Assembly (NCBI RefSeq): GCF_048593235.1
Contig: NC_133617.1
Coordinates: 478,372,958-478,436,957, forward strand
Source: Sminthopsis crassicaudata
Lineage: Eukaryota
DNA length: 64,000 nucleotides
Direction: 5' to 3'
Translations under genes and position numbers: made by a program
Notes under the pieces: generated by a model
Told to the model about the DNA's origin: nothing
Databases searched by the model: none
Seen by the model: only the letters and a program-made list of their open reading frames with translations
Shown here: piece by piece, positions 12,555 to 24,480 of the stretch
How positions within the stretch are numbered: position 1 is the first letter of the stretch
How the letters are laid out: every line of letters begins with the position of its first letter

Positions 12555-13191
12555 TTTTTTTTTTTTAATTTTTTTTATTATATATATATATATATTTTTA
12601 TAATATTATCCCTTGTATTCATTTTTACAAATTACCCCCCCTCCCTCTATTCCCTCCCCCCGATGACAGGCAATCCCATACATTTTACATGTGTTACAAT
12701 ATAGTCTAGGTACAATACATGTGTGTGAATATCATTTTCTTGTTGCACAATAAACATTAGAATCCGAAGGTACATGTAACCTGGGCAGACAGATATTAGT
12801 GCTAACAATTTACATTCACTTCCCAGTGTTTCTTCTCTGGGTGTAGCTACCTCTGTCCATCATTGATCAACTGGAAGTGAGTTGGATCTTCTTTATGTTG
12901 AAGATTTCCACTTCCATCAGAATACATCCTCATACAGTATTGTTGTTGAAGTATACAGTGATCTTCTGGTTCTGCTCATTTCACTCAGCATCAGTTGATT
13001 TAAGTCTCTCCAGGCCTCTCTGCATTCCTCCTGCTGGTCATTTCTTACAGAGCAATAATATTCCATAACCTTCATATACCACAATTTACCCAACCATTCT
13101 CCAACTGATGGACATCCATTCATCTTCCAGTTTCTAGCTACAACAAAAAGAGCTGCCACAAACATTTTGGCACATATATGACTCTTTCCGC
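12555..13191 (-). mobile_element. Young 5'-truncated L1 with target-site duplication
   Basis: Poly-T at 12552; intact ORF2 C-terminal frame (CAKMFVAALFVVARNWKMNGCPSVGEWLGKLWYM...ILYEDVF); TSD CACCCTGGCTTTCTTT at 12539-12554 and 13192-13207; target TCTTT/AA resembles the L1 endonuclease consensus. Confidence 0.95.
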
Positions 13192-14282
13192 CACCCTGGC
13201 TTTCTTTAAAGTTCAGATCAAATGCCATCCCCTGCTCCTCCTTGATACTCTGCCCCTTTTGATACCCAGTTGCTTGTTCTCTCCATATTTCTCAAATTAC
13301 TTTGCATATGATTTGTATTTACTTTTCTGTGAATGTATTTTTCCTCCAGTAGAAAATAAGATCCTTGAAGACAAGAACTATTGAAGGCCATTTCTAGACA
13401 TTGTTTAAGATATAGAAGGTGCATAAATGTTTGCAGAATTGAATTAAGTTGAATTCCCTTAGACCATATTGATTTTCATTAGGGAGAAATCTTGGGTCCA
13501 ACCAGGCTCTCTGGTGATGGAAGCATCAGTAAAGGCTGAAGCTTACATAATCCAACTCTGGGCAGAATCTTTTAGAATCAAGGATTTCTAACCATCAATG
13601 GATACCAAGAAGACTGGATAGTTAGTAACAGTAATAAAAGTATTTAATTAAATTAATAGGGATGAGAAACTGATGCTGAGAGAGGAAGGGAACAAGGGTT
13701 CTAATAAAAAATAGAGAAAATAAAGGAACAGAAATGGGGAGAGTAGTATTTGTGTTGGGGATGAATGAATAAGAATGAACAGGTCTACTACTTATGAGTA
13801 TAAGTAAACCATTTATAATCACCCACTTACCTGCTTCTTCCCCTTTGATTCATTTATCTTTTTAATAAATCTATATTGAGTATCTCCTATTCAAATAAGC
13901 TTGAGCTATACCGTGAGATGAGCACAAAATAACAGGAAAATGAAGAATATTCCTTATTTCTCTTTTTTTCCCTTTCCCCCCTTTTTGAAGTTTGAAGCAA
14001 TGTATTAGAATAGGAATGTGTTAAGATCTGGAGAGGAATAAGTTTGAGTTCTTTTCTCTCTCTCCTTCTGAAGTCCTGGAAGCATAGACTTAAAAGAATC
14101 ATAGATTTAGAGCTGGAGGAGACCTTAGAGACTTTTTAGAAATAAGGAAAATAAGGCACATTAAAATCAAGTGACTTATCCAAAATCATATAGCTAGTAA
14201 AGGAGAAAAAGGAGAAACTAGAAGGTGACAAAGGGAAGAAGGAGGAAGAATCAGAAAAAAGAACTCAGACCAATTTCCAGAA

Positions 14283-14480
14283 CAGAGATTGTTAACTTGG
14301 GGTCTCTGGGTTTTTTACATACTATTTTGATAACTATACTTCAATAGAATTGGTTTCCTTCATAATCCTATGTATTGTATTTCATACATATAAAAATGTT
14401 TCTGAGGAGTCCATGGGCTTCATCATACTGTCATAGAGGTCCATCTCACACAGATATACATACACACAATTAAAAAGTCC
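14283..14480. mobile_element. hAT/MITE-like remnant
   Basis: cagagattgttaacttggggtc...ttcaatagaattggtttcctt..., similar to the 1752 copy. Confidence 0.6.
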
Positions 14481-14644
14481 TACGTCGCAAACCTTCGTAC
14501 ACCTTAGATTTTATAAGCATATAAATCAAAGATTGCGGGGGGGGGGGGAAGAAAGAATAGGATTTTGTCCAGGAAAACAAGAAAGCTAGAGGATAAAAAA
14601 AGTGGATGGGAGGAATCTCCTCTTTACGATGGATAGGACACTAT

Positions 14645-14656
<12 letters not shown>

Positions 14657-14712
<56 letters not shown>
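14657..14712. repeat. (TA)n microsatellite
   Basis: Read directly. Confidence 0.98.
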
Positions 14713-14715
<3 letters not shown>

Positions 14716-16854
14716 AGTGAAAATGGAGAAACTAAAAGGAAAAGCTTGTCAAAGTTACTATGCAAAATCAGAAAGAAGTGATGGAAAGGAAGCAGAGAGT
14801 GAAAGTAGGAAAAAAGAGCAAAAGATAAATTAAGAGGACCTAAATGGGAAAAGAAAAGAGCTTGTGGCAGAGGTAGTAGAGGGAGAGGTTGGGTGATAGA
14901 AAAGGAAAAGACATAAGCTGCTATATTTATAGGTATTATAATAACTCACTTTTATAAAACACTTTAAGGTTTGTGTATTTTGTGTACATACCCCTCCCTC
15001 CAGCCAGTTGTTAAACATTTACCACTGTACTCCTGCTTCCAGCTCACTATTCTGTGGTTCTTTGATTCTATAGGAAAAATCCCATAACACATTTTTAAAA
15101 GTTTAATTTAAATTAATAACATTTTCTCATCACTTTCTTAAACCTAACTAATCAACAAAACAGTAAATCAAGCACTCTAGAATTTGTTGATTTTTTTGAG
15201 ATCTAACTGCACATGCTGAAAATTTAACACTCACTTCTCCAAAGTTAGTAAGAGCTAGTTCTAGGACACCCTTAGAGATGGAAAAAAATATCTGTCTACA
15301 GTTAAATATCAAGGTATTTAAGTAATTAAGTAAGTAAAATCTGGTTCTATGTTCTTTCCATGGGGTAGTCCTCTCCCCCATTTTGTGGCTCAATTTCCCC
15401 ACTGAGAAAAATAATAATAATAAAAATAATAAAATAAAATATTATTCTTATTTATTTCAAAGTGTCAAAGAAGTAATAGTCAAATGTTAGAGTGTTTAGA
15501 GTCTTGATAGGAAAGATGCTTTGGAAATTCAATATCAGAATGCATCATAATTAGGTAATGGTTGAACAATTTGGTGGATCTCATTCAGCAATGTTCTGGT
15601 AAAAGTTTAACAACTGCCTCTCCTTTAAAAATGTACTCATGATTTTGAGGAACTGTAGGAGTTGCTTTTACACACTCTTACATTATATAAAAGGTTTAGA
15701 AAGTGGATACAAGAAGGTCACAGAAGGGATAGAGTTGGAAGCAGTTAATATGGTTGGGCTGGACATGAAGCAAAGTCTTGTCAGCATAGTTGAGTAAAGA
15801 TGGCATGGGGATAAGGGTGGGTGATCACAGGGCAAGTTCAAATTAACTAATTTTTCTTAGGTATTACTTGTTCCTTCATGACTGCAAATCTGTTCTAGTC
15901 CTCTATTCAGATAGTAGGACTCAGCCCTCCACCCTTCAAACCCATCAGTTTTGATTTGATTTGAGCACCTTCGTTTTTCTCAGGGCTCAATTTAGGGCAC
16001 CTGGAATGTTAGAGCACAAAACAAAAACAAAGCAAAGAGGAAACCATATGTCATCCTAACTGGGAGAGAAGTGCCAGACATTGTCCCTCAAGAGGCCCAG
16101 GAAACAGAAGGGCAAGGGGAAGAAAAAACTCGGAAAGAAAAGAGGAGATCAGAAATTTTAATAGGATGGAAATTGAAACCACAAACTGACATAAATGCCA
16201 TCAGTTTGCTGAATCTCAAACTGAATCAAAATGTATATAATTTACTTTTTGTTTCTTTCTTTTCACCCTGAGCCACACAATGAATCAATGACATTTTAAA
16301 AGTTGTCTCTTAAGTACATAGAAACAATGTAGAGTAATAGAGTTCTGGGCTTGAAATGAGGAAGACATGAATTCAAATACTGCCTCATACTTACTGATTT
16401 ACTAATTTAGTGATTCTAGGAAAGTTACATAATTTCCAAATGTCTCAGGCTTATGTGCCCTCAGTCTTATTTACTAAATTTCTGCTGATGGTGGAGGGAA
16501 TTTGTATACTGAGAACTTCCCTTATTGATGAAATCAAAGAGCTTTCCCATGTTATTGTTATTTAACAAAATCCTACTGAATCATTAAAAATGGAAACTTA
16601 AGAGAATACATTTTATAAAACCATTGAACCAGTACCTCAAAATATTCTCCAGTCAGAAAAGCTTTTTTTTCCCTTATAATCGCTTCTCCCTATGGCTTCT
16701 TAGTCTAGTAGAGATGAAAAGATTCTCTTCCAGGGGGCACTCTGTCTAAATGTCTCTCCAAACTCCTCCTGACCATCCTCCTGTCTCCAGGGGCCTAAAA
16801 ATTGTTTCAAAGTACCAATAGTCAAACCCATAGAAAGGGAATAAAAAGGGAAAG

Positions 16855-16856
<2 letters not shown>

Positions 16857-16890
<34 letters not shown>
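16857..16890. repeat. (GT)n microsatellite
   Basis: Read directly. Confidence 0.98.
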
Positions 16891-16892
<2 letters not shown>

Positions 16893-17686
16893 TCCCATCT
16901 CTAGACCTTGGAATTTTAAAAGGATCACACATACACATTGCACTCATTCTACTCTTACTCAAATGTAGCAGGGAAAGAGATGTAAATTTCCTAGTCCTGA
17001 TTAATCAATCTTCTGGGTTTTAGGATCACCAAAAGCCTTTGGTATTCTGGGCCCCTTCTCAGTTTAGCTCAAGCTCATGCAGTCAGAACCAAAATTTCAT
17101 TAGGTTTAAGAAAGAGCAAGGAAAAGGGGCTGGGGATGAGCAAGATAATGCACACAATAAAAAAAAATCAGAAAATCTTCTAGAGTTTCTAATCTGTAGG
17201 GGAGGAAACAATATTCTTTCTAATCTTTTCCTTTAGAATATTGCTTACATTTTCAGAATTTATTTATAATTTTAGGGTATAACAAAGCTGTCCCCTATGT
17301 GCAACATGAGGGTATAATTTTGTGACTTGAAGGGAGACAGAATAGATATCTCTAGCCTCTTTTATCTACACTCTTCTCCAAGAAAGACTTTAATTCTGCT
17401 AAGAGAGGAAGCAGGAGATTGGGCCCAGAAGACTGGCCATTCTGCTTTCCTCATAGAAAAGAGGCTAGGATTATATCTATCTGCTCCCTTGACTATTATT
17501 AGTCTAGGGGATGTAGTGTTCAGGTTCAAATTAAGTTCCAAGCCAATTTTTATTAATGAGGAAAGGAGGGCCCCAAGCTTTATATCCAAGACTCTATTAT
17601 TCCCTTCCCACTAAATTCCAGTTCCATAACACAAATGCATATAGTATTCAAATTAATAGCAAACCAGAAATCAGAGAAAGTATATC

Positions 17687-19027
17687 AGATAACATAGTTA
17701 ATATAGTTCCCATTGGGAATGGGGCAACTCAACTCATTGGAGAGGGAGTTCTAGAACTCACTCAACTGGAAATTCCCCAAAATCTCCAATACAGCAAGTT
17801 GTAGATAGGTAACACGATGGAGACTATCAGCTCTTATCATAGTAGTTTTAGTTTTAGTGTCCCTTCAGCAGTCTGAAGTGGAATTGACATTGTCTATCTC
17901 CTTCCTTGAAGTCCAAAGAAGAGCCCAAATTGATTCAAAAGACTAGAGGAGACTGAAGAAAGTTACTGTCTTCTCTCATACTCTTGACAGTTCTTCCCCA
18001 CTCCTCATTTAGATTTGGGGCATTGCTCCTCACCAAGAAGGGAGACCCTCATACCAATTGGCTTTGAGACTTGAGTCACATGATTGTCTGTGATTTGGGC
18101 CAGCTATGTTGGAAGTGGGAGGCAGTTTTGTATAAAGTAAAGAACACTGCATTTAGAATCAGAAGGTCTGGGTTCTAATTCTGGATCTGCCATTCCTAAG
18201 GCAGTGGAAATGTGACTTGGCCCTATAAGATTTCAGTTTCCTTATCTGCAAAATGAAAAATTTCAACCCAATGATCCAGACAGGGTGACATGGCATCCAA
18301 AAATCCAGTACTAGGCTACTTTTAGGGAGGAACAGTATTCCTAAATAGTGAGGAGATAGTCCTGTGGAGCCTGGTCAGATCACATGGAGGACCTAGAAAG
18401 CATGTTGTGTAAGAATTGGTTGAAATGAAGAAGAGAATATTTAGTTTGGAAAAGAGAAGACTTAGGAGGTACATGGGGATTTGTTTTTTTGAAGGGAGAT
18501 ATGAAAGTTCTTGCTTGATTCTAGAGGGAAGAACTAGAAGCAATGGGTATATATTGCAAAAAAGGCACATTTAGGGTTGATATAAGGAAGATCTTCCTAA
18601 TAGAGCTATTCAAAAATGCAATGTTTTGATTGTAGAGGTAGTGAATTACCTTAATTAGTCTTCAAGTAAAGGCCAGGTGACTACTTGTCAGGGGTGTGTA
18701 TGTACATACACACACCTGTCATATACATTTATGTATATATGTGTGTGTAGAGAGACAGATACAGAGAAAGACAAAGATAGATATAGAGACAGACAGACAT
18801 ACACACAAATAAAGGGAGACACAGAGAGGAAAAAAAAAGGCAGTCAGAGAAAGAAAGGCAAAGACATAGATAATATAGATAGATAATATAGTTCCCATTG
18901 GGAATGAGGTAACTCAACTTAATGGAGAGGGAGGTCCCAGAATTCACTCAACTGGAAATTCCCTGAAATTTCTAGTATAGCAAGTTGTAGATAGGGAACA
19001 TGATGGAGATTATAAGTTCTTATTATG
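17687..19027 (+). repeat. Dispersed direct repeat pair (~17687-17840 and ~18875-19027)
   Basis: atatagttcccattgggaatg...tcactcaactggaaattccc...agcaagttgtagatagg in both; offset 1185 bp. Confidence 0.95.
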
Positions 19028-19043
19028 TTAACTCCTTCCCAGG

Positions 19044-19051
19044 GAGGGAGG

Positions 19052-19092
<41 letters not shown>
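19044..19092. repeat. (GA)n microsatellite
   Basis: Read directly. Confidence 0.95.
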
Positions 19093-19095
<3 letters not shown>

Positions 19096-19756
19096 CCCTG
19101 TGGTGTCTTCTGTGTCATTACATACTTCTGTGTCCTAAAAGGTAAATTTTGATTATAAATGCCTATTGTACAGCTCCATAGTGGAGAAGCTAGAATCTGA
19201 AGCTTCTTGAACACAGGGCTTATGTCTTATTGACATAAGCTCTATATTTTGGAAAGACCTTACACAAGGTCTTACACAAGTGACTTAGCTTTTCTGAAGT
19301 TACTTCTTAGTTTTCTTACTCATAAAATGGAAGACAATAATGCTTGTATTATCCTAATCATAGAGTTGTTGTAAGAAAAGACTTTAGGAGGGACATGATA
19401 ACTGCCCTCAAGTCTTTGAAAGGCTGTCAAGTTGATATGAAGGATTAGACATTTTCTGCTTGAACCAAAAGGGGATAATTAGAGAAATAAGAGCTTTCAT
19501 TTTAATGCTTCTTCTGAACCCATCTCATATTCCTACTAACACATATCCTATACAGATGGGTGATTCATAAGAGAAGTAACATGATATAGTGTTGAGGTTG
19601 GATTCAGGAAGATTTGAATTCAAATTCTGTTAGACATTTACTGATTATTAAAAGTCATGTGACTTTTCTGACACTCAGTTTTCTTATCTATTTATGGAGA
19701 TAATAATGGAATTTTTCTTTCAGAGTTGTTGTGAGTGTGCAATTTTAGTGATGTTC

Positions 19757-20010
19757 TAGGGTCCAGTGGATGACCTTGGCATTTTCAATGTCTGACCAAA
19801 CTAAGCATTTCACAGAGTCTGATTTAGCTGTCTTCATGATCTTTGGAACAAATGGTTCTCACCCACTATTGGGATGCTTCTCCCTACCTCACTAACAGGT
19901 CTGGGGCCTTTTGGTTATCCTTAATCTGATTTAGCTCATCATAAATGGTTTTATTGGTATGTGGAAGCTGGACATGCTTCGGCTTCTTGGAGCCACCAGT
20001 GTATAATTTT
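19757..20010. mobile_element. Marsupial interspersed repeat remnant (possibly RTE-related SINE)
   Basis: gggtccagtggatgaccttggcattttcaatgtctgacc...gcttcttggagccac resembles a marsupial repeat from memory; family uncertain. Confidence 0.45.
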
Positions 20011-20267
20011 AGAGAGTTGTCTGATAGCACTTGCACCTGTGGGTCACACATTCGGTAGCAATCAGAGGGAGGACAGCAGTCTAGGTTCTGATGCCAGGAC
20101 TTAACCTTCTATTTACTCTGCCACCACCCCCCTCTGAGTACTGGCCAGGGCTGGTGCTCAGGAAATAAATATCTTTTGGTTGATCGTTTGATGGCTAGAG
20201 AAGTTAATCAAGGGGACCAGCAGCCCCTGTGAATCATATTGACTCAATTCATTCTTTTTTTTAATTA

Positions 20268-20830
20268 GTGTTTTATTTTTCCAAATACATGCAAAGATAG
20301 TTTTCAACATTTACCTTTTTGAAACTTTGTATTCCTATTTTTCTCCCTCTCTTCCCCTCTTCTTTCTCCCCAAGACATCAAGCAATCCAATTAAATCCAA
20401 TTAAACATGTGCAATTTTTCTAAACATTTCCATATTTGTCATGTTGTACAAGAAAAACTAGATCAAAAGGGGGAAAAGAAAAAAGAAAAAAAAAAGCAAA
20501 CAAAGAAGAAAAACAAAACAGTTAAAATACTATGCTTTCATCTCCCTTTATTCTCCATGAGTCTCTCTTTGGAGGTGGATGGCACTTTCCATCACAAGTC
20601 TATTAGAATTGCCTTGAATCAATTGTTTGTTGAAAAAAGTCCATCACAGTTGATCATCACATAATCTTGTTACTGTGTACAATGTTCTCTTGGTTCTGCT
20701 CACTTCCCTTAGCATCAGTTCTTGTAAGCCTTTCCAGGTTTTTCTGAAATCAGCTTGCTCACCATTTCCTATAAAACAATAATATTCCATTACATTCATA
20801 CATCATAACCTATCATTCCCTGATAGGTAT
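20268..20830 (-). mobile_element. L1 3' end fragment
   Basis: Same 3'UTR motifs as the 4645 copy (gcaaagatagttttcaacatt; tcacagttgatcatcacat). Confidence 0.85.
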
Positions 20831-21419
20831 CCACTAAATAATTCATTCTTGATATAGAGTTAAAGATGTTTTCTTAAGCTCCACAGAGTTTTCTCATTCT
20901 GTTCTGCGTCCTTTTCCATTTACCACATGATGGGAACTTGGGAAATAGGTTTGTGAGAATAGGTCTGAAAATGAGGACAATAAGATAGGATTAGGGCTTT
21001 AGGAACATAATTTTAGAGCTGCAAAAGACTTTGGAGGAAATGTGGTCCAACCTTCTTATTTTATACACAAGGAAACTGAAGGTCAGAAAAGAAACAGAAC
21101 TTTCTTTCCTAAGACCACCTAGCTAAGAAGTTGACAAGAGTCAGGATCTCAAAGTCAGATTTTCTTACTCCAGACAAAGCATTTTCCCAGAACTACTCTA
21201 AAGCCTCACTTTTGAACTTTTCTTTCTGGTCCTTTAGAATGAGGTAGAAAATAAATGTTGAGGAGCTTAGTTGTATGGACCATTTCATCCTTGGATTTCC
21301 ATTTTTCAGATTCTCCCTGACTGAAGCAAGGGGCAGACACACTTTGCAAGGAAGAGCAGCAGAAGGGGATTTATCTATCTCCAATCTCCCTATTCAGACC
21401 CCTTCTCCCTCAGGACCCA

Positions 21420-21900
21420 GCAGGGTGACAGAGCCTCCCATCTTCACCAACTGCCTTGTCTGCTTCCCCCCTTTCCCTGGTAGAGAGGCGTGGTTTTGTG
21501 AAACAACAGCTCCCTCTTCCAGGTATAATCCCACCAATTACAGAGGAGGGGCTGATTACATTGCCTTGGCCTGTCTGCCGGGCTCATTAAGGAGCACACG
21601 ATTTGCATTTCAACATGTGTAAACCCCATACAGCTGGTGTGGGGGTTTTCACATGGCTGGGATTCGCACGTGCCTTCCCCAGCTCCAGTCGCAGTGGCGG
21701 CTGTGTTTTTGTAACTGTGCAGGGCTGGGTTTGGAGAGGAGCGGGGAGGGATTGTCGGCTGTCTCTGTCACCGGTGGGGTTTGGGGTTGGCGTGTTTGTT
21801 TTGTTGTTCGTGGGTGTCTTGTTTGTATGCGCCTCTCTCTGCATATGGTCTCTTGATGTCTTATTGCATTAGGGGCAAAATGTGTTAAGATAAGAATGAA
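21420..21900. promoter_or_regulatory. Candidate enhancer with four regularly spaced E-boxes
   Basis: CATGTG 21614, CAGCTG 21631, CACATG 21650, CACGTG 21667; CpGs retained; no repeat recognised. Confidence 0.45.
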
Positions 21901-22309
21901 GAAGATGTCTATAATGCTATCAGTGGGCAGATCTGTGTCTGTGAGGATATTAGTTCCATGAAAGCTGTGAGGGAGCTACCAGGCTCTGTGTAGACCAAGC
22001 TCGATGCGAGTTATTTGGGAAGGGGCTAAGTGTTTACGAAGCTGCTGCAGAATACATATGAAGTTTTTCTGGAGGTGATTTTTAAGGAGAAAGATTTGTG
22101 GAGTGTGGAGTTGGAAACCAAGGAGAATTGATGTGGGCACAGAACTTATGGGTGAAAAGGAGGTACAAAATGAATATAGAGGGATTTTTGCAGTAAAGGT
22201 GGATGAAGGGTGGCAATGCTAGAAATAGCTAAGGTTGATGTGGGGACTAAAGGTTGGGATACGTCTCCTGAGAAGCCAGGTGCCCATCTGTCCTTTGGCT
22301 TGATCTGTC

Positions 22310-22311
<2 letters not shown>

Positions 22312-22357
<46 letters not shown>
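22312..22357. repeat. (GT)n microsatellite
   Basis: Read directly. Confidence 0.98.
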
Positions 22358-22358
<1 letters not shown>

Positions 22359-22999
22359 GGAGGAGGTGGAGTGAACTGGTTTTAGTGGATGATTATGGGA
22401 GTAGCATTGAGTGAGAAGGCAGCATGTAGCTGGCACATGTGATATCCTGAGTGAATATTCTTGTGGAGTTTCCTGCATGGAGATAGGATTGTTGTTGCTG
22501 TTCTTTCTCCTCTCTGTATTTATCCTGTGGAATCATCACAATATGGAAGTTGAGGGTGAATTCAGTATTTGGACATATTCAACTCTTCCTTTTATTACAT
22601 TTTATATGTTAGCATGTAATGGGTTTGCACACCATGTATCTTTGATCATGAAATGAAGTGAATTTTATTTTCCTTCCAATGTATGTATATTTGGACCAGG
22701 ATGAGGGTCCTTGGGAGAGGAGAGTCTCATTCTTAAGTGTGTGTGTGTGGTTTGTCTGAAGCTTTGGAGAGAGGACTGCTTTTTAGGAGCAATCATCCCT
22801 CTTGGCTTGGCCTGGGTTAGGGGGTTCTGCAAGAAGGAAGACCTGGAGAAGGGAGAAGAGCTCCTTTGGGGAGGGGTCAAGACTGGAAAGTGGAACCTAC
22901 AAACCTCAATCTCATTAGTTTTTGAAGATTCCACCTTGTATGAAGGGCCAGGCCAAATGTGCCTTTCCCTAGGTCCCTAGAAGGAAACAAAGCTCCAGG

Positions 23000-23440
23000 T
23001 CAGGCTGCCCTGGACAGTGGGAACAGGGAGAAGGAGCTCCTAGAAGAAAACCACTTCAGGCTGCTCTGGAAGGTGAGGGCAGGGAAGAGATGTTCCTAGG
23101 AGAAATTCTCCTCCCCCCCACTTCAGACTTCTCTGGAGAGTGGGAACAATGAGGGGGGCTCCCAGGAGAGGACCCCCATTTCAGGCTGCTCTGGAGAGTA
23201 GAAACAGGTTGAGGGCTCCTAGGAGAATCCCCCCTCCAACAGTACACTTCAAGCTTCTCTGGAGAATGAGATCAGGGAGGGGGTTCCTAGAAGAGGACCC
23301 CCATTTCAGTTGCTCTGGAGAGTGGATCAGGCAGGGGGCTCCCAGGAGAGGAGCCCCACTTCGGGGTGCTTTGGGAGTGGGAGCAGGGAGGGCATGGGAG
23401 AGAACCTCCAAGTTGGGCCGCTCTGGAGGGTGGGAGCAGC
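23000..23440 (+). repeat. Degenerate minisatellite, ~8 units of 55-68 bp
   Basis: Units like ttcaggctgctctggagagtggga...ggctcc(t/c)aggagagga.ccc start at ~23000, 23055, 23122, 23180, 23248, 23305, 23360 and 23412. Confidence 0.9.
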
Positions 23441-24480
23441 GAGGTAGGGGTGAGCTCTTCACTGTCTGCCATTTAGCCAGCAGCACTCCTGGGCAGCGCG
23501 GGGGTGGAGGGAGCCACAGGACACCTCCGTCTCCTCTATTTACAAACTAGCTGCCTTCAGCAGCCAGCCTGTTTAAGCACTTCATTCCCATTCAGAAGGG
23601 CCATCTGCTGCCTTTTGCTGTAAGTCTCCCTGAAAACCCCAGCCTTGACAAGCTAGAGATATGTCAGTGCAGTTATCAGCAGAAAGCAACATCTGCCATC
23701 CCTGACACCTAGTATTGTAGCCCATTTAATATGTCCCCCTCCTCCCTTTAACTGCAGACAACAGCTCCCTATATTATATTTTCCCACTCAATTAGCACTA
23801 TCATCCTGCTGAAATAGAAGCCAATTTACCTTTAATGACATCATTGTTAGGAAAGTGGCGGTGCCCGGTCCTCGGCTGTCACTGGATTGCGGGAGGCAGG
23901 GCTGTCTCTCTCTACTAGCCCTGACAGCGGATGGGGAGCGGCCGCAGCCTATCGGAGGCNNNNNNNNNNNNNNNNNNNNNNNNNNNNNNNNNNNNNNNNN
24001 NNNNNNNNNNNNNNNNNNNNNNNNNNNNNNNNNNNNNNNNNNNNNNNNNNNNNNNNNNNNNNNNNNNNNNNNNNNNNNNNNNNNNNNNNNNNNNNNNNNN
24101 NNNNNNNNNNNNNNNNNNNNNNNNNNNNNNNNNNNNNNNCGGCCCACTGAGCAGCCAAAACGAGCTGATGGATCCATTAGGCCGCTTCGAATGCTTTTCC
24201 CCCTCTCCCTTCATTCCTGACTGACACTGTAAATCTCAGCCAATTTCAGGCCCTAATCATCATTACAAACCCCCCTCCACTGTTCATTTGTGACGCCGGG
24301 CCATTCTAATCTGGGGGTGGGGGAGAGGATCCCCCTCCCCACAAGGGGGTCGGAGCTCTGGGGAGCCCGAACAACCTACAGCGAGAGGAGAACGGCGAGC
24401 TATTTGGGTACTGCCGGGGTGGGGAGGGGGCCCTGCTTCAAGTGGCTCCCAGGGAGGTGATGAGGGGAGCCACAGAGCCT
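23440..24480. promoter_or_regulatory. CpG island with enhancer-like blocks (interrupted by gap)
   Basis: CpG-rich flanks; 4 TGACA/TGTCA and 2 CATCTG in 23600-23840; TGATGGAT 24166 and TGACTGACAC 24218. Confidence 0.65.
23960..24139. other. Assembly gap (180 N)
   Basis: Run of n inside a CpG island. Confidence 0.99.

Noticed and set aside
23056-23550. ORFs with repeated GAP/WGSS motifs
   Set aside because: Products of the minisatellite; unit lengths are not consistently multiples of three.
21503-23770. 13-mer ACAACAGCTCCCT shared by two candidate enhancers
   Set aside because: Tens of 13-mer pairs are expected by chance in 64 kb; no extension beyond the 13-mer.
24311-24432. Possible G-quadruplexes
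   Set aside because: Only two or three closely spaced G-tracts per cluster; no canonical four-tract motif.
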